DNA from: an uncultured virus (IMG/VR IMGVR_UViG_3300027977_000020)
Taxonomy: Duplodnaviria; Heunggongvirae; Uroviricota; Caudoviricetes
DNA: 20,000 nt
IMG/VR virus record: IMGVR_UViG_3300027977_000020
Reading direction: 5' to 3' (one strand)
The position numbers and the translations under genes are program-made. Positions 16,625-20,000 of this stretch are shown here, piece by piece; the stretch's first letter is position 1, and every line of letters begins with the position of its first letter. Under the pieces are notes generated by a model, which worked only from the letters and a program-made list of their open reading frames with translations, was not told the origin of the DNA and did not search any database.

Positions 16625-16839
16625 AACACAAATTTGAAGAATACTTGGAGCTGGACTCTTCAGCTCCTAGCGGACTCAGGTGGACAAAACGAAACGGACG
16701 TATTAAACCTGGAGATACTGCAGGAACAATACACAAAAATAAAAGATACTATGTAATCCAGTACTTTGGAACTAAATATAACTGTGAGGATGTAGTTGCA
16801 GCTTTAAAAAATGGAGAGCTTAGCGAGGAAGACTACTGA
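16621..16839 (+). CDS. Truncated HNH-homing-endonuclease-like protein (N-terminal part only)
   Basis: LELDSSAPSGLRW...KPGDTAG....YYVI.YFG.KY resembles the N-terminus of phage HNH endonucleases; the HR..W and DH...N...N motifs are absent; ATGA coupling. Confidence 0.6.
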   Translation: MKHKFEEYLELDSSAPSGLRWTKRNGRIKPGDTAGTIHKNKRYYVIQYFGTKYNCEDVVAALKNGELSEEDY

Positions 16840-16847
16840 CCACGTAG

Positions 16848-17135
16848 CTAAAAAACGGTTACACCTGACTCATCTTCTTCTTGGTCGATAAAATCTTCAG
16901 CAAAAAGAATTTTAATTGTATCTAAAACGCGGTTTGTGTTAGATAAATATACTTGGTACTCTTCGTACAGGATTTCTTTTATATCCTCACTAAGTTGTTT
17001 AGTAAGCTGCTCGTCTCCGGTGTAGTCAAGAATGCTTTCCCTTAAGTTGTTCTTTACCCTCTTAACGTAATCAGCGTTAGGAAGCACAGAAGAATTGAAG
17101 TTAAAAATGTCGTCGCTATCGTTAGAGAAGAACAT
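16848..17135 (-). CDS. Acidic hypothetical protein (95 aa)
   Basis: AGGAG Shine-Dalgarno 7 nt before ATG. Confidence 0.75.
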   Translation of the reverse strand: MFFSNDSDDIFNFNSSVLPNADYVKRVKNNLRESILDYTGDEQLTKQLSEDIKEILYEEYQVYLSNTNRVLDTIKILFAEDFIDQEEDESGVTVF

Positions 17136-17199
17136 AATTAAACTCCTAGAGTGTCAGCGTAAGTCTAGCAGCAAGCTACCATTAAAGATGTGTGCTGCG

Positions 17200-17895
17200 T
17201 TACTGAACCAAAGATTCTCTACGCAACATTTCGCGATAGGCAACACCCGGATTGCTACCAACCCAAGCCATAAAATCTTCAGGTGCCATACCAGCACCGC
17301 CACCGGCTTCGAATAGACGACGTTGAAGTTCGCCTCCTTCACTCATTGCTTTACCTAGCAAATTTTGCTTGGTGTATTCAATAGCAAGTTCATTCTGTTC
17401 TTCTGGTAACGGTGTTGGACTTGCAGTTAAAGGAATTGAACGAGGCGGAGGTTGTTGAGTAGATAAAGCAGGTATATATGATGGAGCCGGAGCGGATACT
17501 TCGCGAGTTACAGGAGGAGCAGGCCTATCTACAACAGGGGAACGGGATAAGGCTTTAATTTCTGCAGGAGATAAAGATTCAATTTCTTTTTGCCTTTGCA
17601 TTCCAAGTCGGATACGCTCGGACTCCTGAATTAATTTTTGATCGTCTTGAGCATTAACTGTACCTGCGTCAAGAATATTCGCAAGTACACCTACTTGTGG
17701 ACCAAGACCAAAATACTCTAACCTTCGCTGAGTGTCTGCAGGTAAATACTTACCGGCAACCGCACGAACAGCTTCTTCAATTAAAATTGCCCTTGCATTA
17801 AAAGGATTTAAAGGATTAAGTGCCTTACCGACTCGACCCAATTTTGTGGTAGGGGTACGAGATTTAAAAGGATTTAAATATGTGGGAAATCTCAT
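17200..17895 (-). CDS. Hypothetical protein with Pro-rich central linker
   Basis: 231-aa ORF; TATAAT (17921-17926, minus strand) 25 nt upstream. Confidence 0.75.
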   Translation of the reverse strand: MRFPTYLNPFKSRTPTTKLGRVGKALNPLNPFNARAILIEEAVRAVAGKYLPADTQRRLEYFGLGPQVGVLANILDAGTVNAQDDQKLIQESERIRLGMQRQKEIESLSPAEIKALSRSPVVDRPAPPVTREVSAPAPSYIPALSTQQPPPRSIPLTASPTPLPEEQNELAIEYTKQNLLGKAMSEGGELQRRLFEAGGGAGMAPEDFMAWVGSNPGVAYREMLRRESLVQ

Positions 17896-18035
17896 TACAA
17901 CCGAATGTTAGTCTACGTTTATTATATCGCTAGCGTAGCTCACTACTAAAAAGTTTTTTAGACAGAGAACCAAAATAGGCTGCCTAAACCAAACAACATT
18001 AAATTTTTTTGAGTTTTTCCAAAAAACAATCTACT

Positions 18036-18064
18036 TTGACATAGATCCATTAGGCTGCTACAGC
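18036..18064 (+). promoter_or_regulatory. Possible promoter TTGACA-N17-TACAGC
   Basis: Perfect -35 preceded by A/T tracts; -10 lacks the final T. Confidence 0.35.
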
Positions 18065-18079
18065 CCACAGAGTTCTAAC

Positions 18080-18340
18080 ATGCCTACCACATTCGACAAT
18101 CCCCTTCAAACACAAGAGTTTAAACCTGCACCAACCACTCCAAATCCCCGATCCAGCGGAATTTCAACTGAATATGGTATCGATCCCGATTTTTTTGGGG
18201 GCGAAGACCTAAAAGCAGCTCGCGACCAAGGTTTTACTGACGAAGAAATCAAAGAGTTTTTGGACACCCACGACAAAGTACTTAGGGCACAAAACGTACC
18301 TGGTGGCGGTGGTATCTACGATCAACTAAAAGTCAACTAA
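18080..18340 (+). CDS. Hypothetical protein (86 aa)
   Basis: Plausible composition (FFGGEDLKAARDQGFTDEEIKEFL); stop overlaps that of the convergent gene. Confidence 0.7.
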   Translation: MPTTFDNPLQTQEFKPAPTTPNPRSSGISTEYGIDPDFFGGEDLKAARDQGFTDEEIKEFLDTHDKVLRAQNVPGGGGIYDQLKVN

Positions 18341-19002
18341 ACAAGGGGCCCATATGGGATTCGTTCCCCATTTGGGCCTATTCTATCGTATGTAGGTGTA
18401 GGCCGAAAATTAGGATTACCAGGTGATTTAATCATTGACGGATTCCACCCTGGGGTCGGTAGCGGAGTGTTCGGGCCCGAAGGAATTGTTGCCATGAGTA
18501 GACCAGTTCGGGGATTTTCATAGTATTCCGGCTGTACTGCAGAAGCTAAAGGCGAGCCTGGACCCATTAAAAATTTATACCGTTCAATAGGCTCGTATGG
18601 TGCTCCCTCACCTGTATACCTAGTGGAATCATCATTCAGATATTCTTGTAAATCAAGTTTTTGTGGGTCTACCACAGTGCCTGGTATAGGTCTGTTTTTT
18701 TGATATTCTATAAAATCACGTTCTGCAATTCCCATCGGAGTTAGAGCAGGGTCATCGCGTAAATAAGCTAAGGGTAATTTAGGACCGGGCCGATTTATCT
18801 TGTCATAGTACTTTTGCAGATCCTCAGGTCTGTAGTCAAACTCCATCTGTTCTTTTAAGACCTCTGAAGGCATACCTTTAAAAGGATTACGAGGCCCAAT
18901 TTTAAAACTAGGGTCCGCCGCCACAGCGTAATTATCAGGCAGAAAGGCCGAAATACTCTCCTCGAGTAAAGCTACGGCGCGTGGATCTACTTCACTGTAC
19001 AT
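18337..19002 (-). CDS. Pro-rich hypothetical protein (221 aa)
   Basis: Starts 2 nt after the upstream stop. Confidence 0.7.
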   Translation of the reverse strand: MYSEVDPRAVALLEESISAFLPDNYAVAADPSFKIGPRNPFKGMPSEVLKEQMEFDYRPEDLQKYYDKINRPGPKLPLAYLRDDPALTPMGIAERDFIEYQKNRPIPGTVVDPQKLDLQEYLNDDSTRYTGEGAPYEPIERYKFLMGPGSPLASAVQPEYYENPRTGLLMATIPSGPNTPLPTPGWNPSMIKSPGNPNFRPTPTYDRIGPNGERIPYGPLV

Positions 19003-19004
19003 GA

Positions 19005-19256
19005 CTAATACCTTCCTAATTGTTCATCAATAATCTGTTGTTTTCTACGAGTCTGCTCATTTAGCGCATCCTTAACTCGTTCAGCTTCGTTTATTAGCGG
19101 TTGATAAGGACCGAAAGGAATATCCCTCATAGTAGGTCGCGGTTGAGGCACCGGATTACTGGGAGGAACATAATTTGGTGAGCGTGTACCATAACGCTCC
19201 GTCAAACCAGTAAGTACGTTAACGATGGCATTGTTTAAAAACTCAAAAGGGTTCAT
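19005..19256 (-). CDS. Hypothetical protein (83 aa)
   Basis: ATG start; TAGAAT upstream at 19295-19300. Confidence 0.65.
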   Translation of the reverse strand: MNPFEFLNNAIVNVLTGLTERYGTRSPNYVPPSNPVPQPRPTMRDIPFGPYQPLINEAERVKDALNEQTRRKQQIIDEQLGRY

Positions 19257-19345
19257 ATGTCTTTACTGCCCTTCTAGCAATACAACTTGAAGTAATTCTA
19301 CTACAGCAAAAAGTTTTACCCGCGTTCTCCTGCGCCGAATTTTTT

Positions 19346-19837
19346 TTATATAGCCATACAGCGTTTTCCCTGAGGCTCAAGTTCCCAGCCTTGACCAGAA
19401 TAAAATTCAACTGCTTTCGCGTCAGCAAAGAGATTTACGTTTTCAACTTGCATTTGTTTTAGCCGCGTGGTCAAAATATCCAGCAAACCTTTACCTAAAC
19501 CATTGTGCTGATACAACGGGTGAATTACTAAATCCCAAATAGTTGCAGTCAGTACCCCGTCTCCCGTACAACGAGCAAACCCAATCAAATGCGGCGCCCA
19601 AATGTTGTGACGCCATAGGCCAAGGACCAATAACGAATTATTTAAAGCTTTTTTTGTACGATTTCGAGGTCTGCGACACCAACCCACGGTGTCAGCAAGC
19701 TGTTCTAGCTCAATAGGACTAACTTCGCGGTCAAAACTCGCAATTATCCGCAGTTTTCTGCTGTTGCTCGGGAATTCTTGCCACTGGGTGCCGTAAAGTC
19801 GACTAAACACGGCTGTTACTATGTTGGCAGAACACAT
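19346..19837 (-). CDS. ycf52: GNAT N-acetyltransferase, cyanobacterial Ycf52/SNAT/NSI-like
   Basis: ELEQL..VGW.RRP...KKAL..SLL..GLWRH, LIGFARCTGDGV..ATIWD..IHP.YQ..GLGK, LFAD...FY...GW.LEP; acetyl-CoA motif Q-x-x-G-x-G intact; likely start MCSANI at 19837. Confidence 0.85.
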   Translation of the reverse strand: MCSANIVTAVFSRLYGTQWQEFPSNSRKLRIIASFDREVSPIELEQLADTVGWCRRPRNRTKKALNNSLLVLGLWRHNIWAPHLIGFARCTGDGVLTATIWDLVIHPLYQHNGLGKGLLDILTTRLKQMQVENVNLFADAKAVEFYSGQGWELEPQGKRCMAI

Positions 19838-20000
19838 TTTAGCCTCAAAATACCCCGCTGTTACCAAAAACCTTCTCGCCACCGTCGTCATACAAGCTTG
19901 TATATTAAAAAAAAGGCAGCTTTTACACATTGCGGCAGGTTTGTGATACATAGTGGCGCGGAATTCTTTATACTTTCTCGCCCCATGACAGGAAGAACAA

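Noticed and set aside
15256..19428. ORFs 15256+, 15608+, 17095+, 17154-, 19243-
   Set aside because: Overlap better-supported genes. 19243- was considered as a frameshifted GNAT tail but does not restore a recognisable host-like end.
1..20000. Stop-codon reassignment, CRISPR array, tRNA, intron/intein in terL
   Set aside because: TAA, TAG and TGA all end coupled genes; no repeat-spacer pattern or cloverleaf seen by eye; terL is normal length with contiguous motifs.
19969..20000. TATACT followed by ATG at 19985, possible plus-strand gene start
   Set aside because: Only five codons visible; cannot be supported.

Overview
Densely packed segment of a tailed dsDNA phage genome, mostly on the minus strand, standard genetic code, with many overlapping stop/start junctions. 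The host is probably a picocyanobacterium (Synechococcus/Cyanobium-like), inferred from a Ycf52-type GNAT gene. The head-packaging module is present: a large terminase (5678-7201) and an SPP1-type portal starting at 2105 that runs off the left edge and is missing from the supplied ORF track. This module is interleaved with a glycan-building kit: two tandem GT17-like enzymes, a GT-A-like protein, a GT4, an EDPR/EKNW beta-propeller, a GT2-like enzyme and two SAM methyltransferases. Other notable points: (i) the last >=375 nt of the portal frame also encode a second ATG-initiated Pro/Gln/Ser-rich ORF in another frame; (ii) two small basic proteins missed by the ORF track, one a 31-aa KGG-repeat peptide; (iii) three Gly/Ala-rich proteins resembling ejection/pilot proteins; (iv) a host-like NSI/SNAT/Ycf52-type acetyltransferase. 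All family calls come from motif recognition by eye; no database searches were run.
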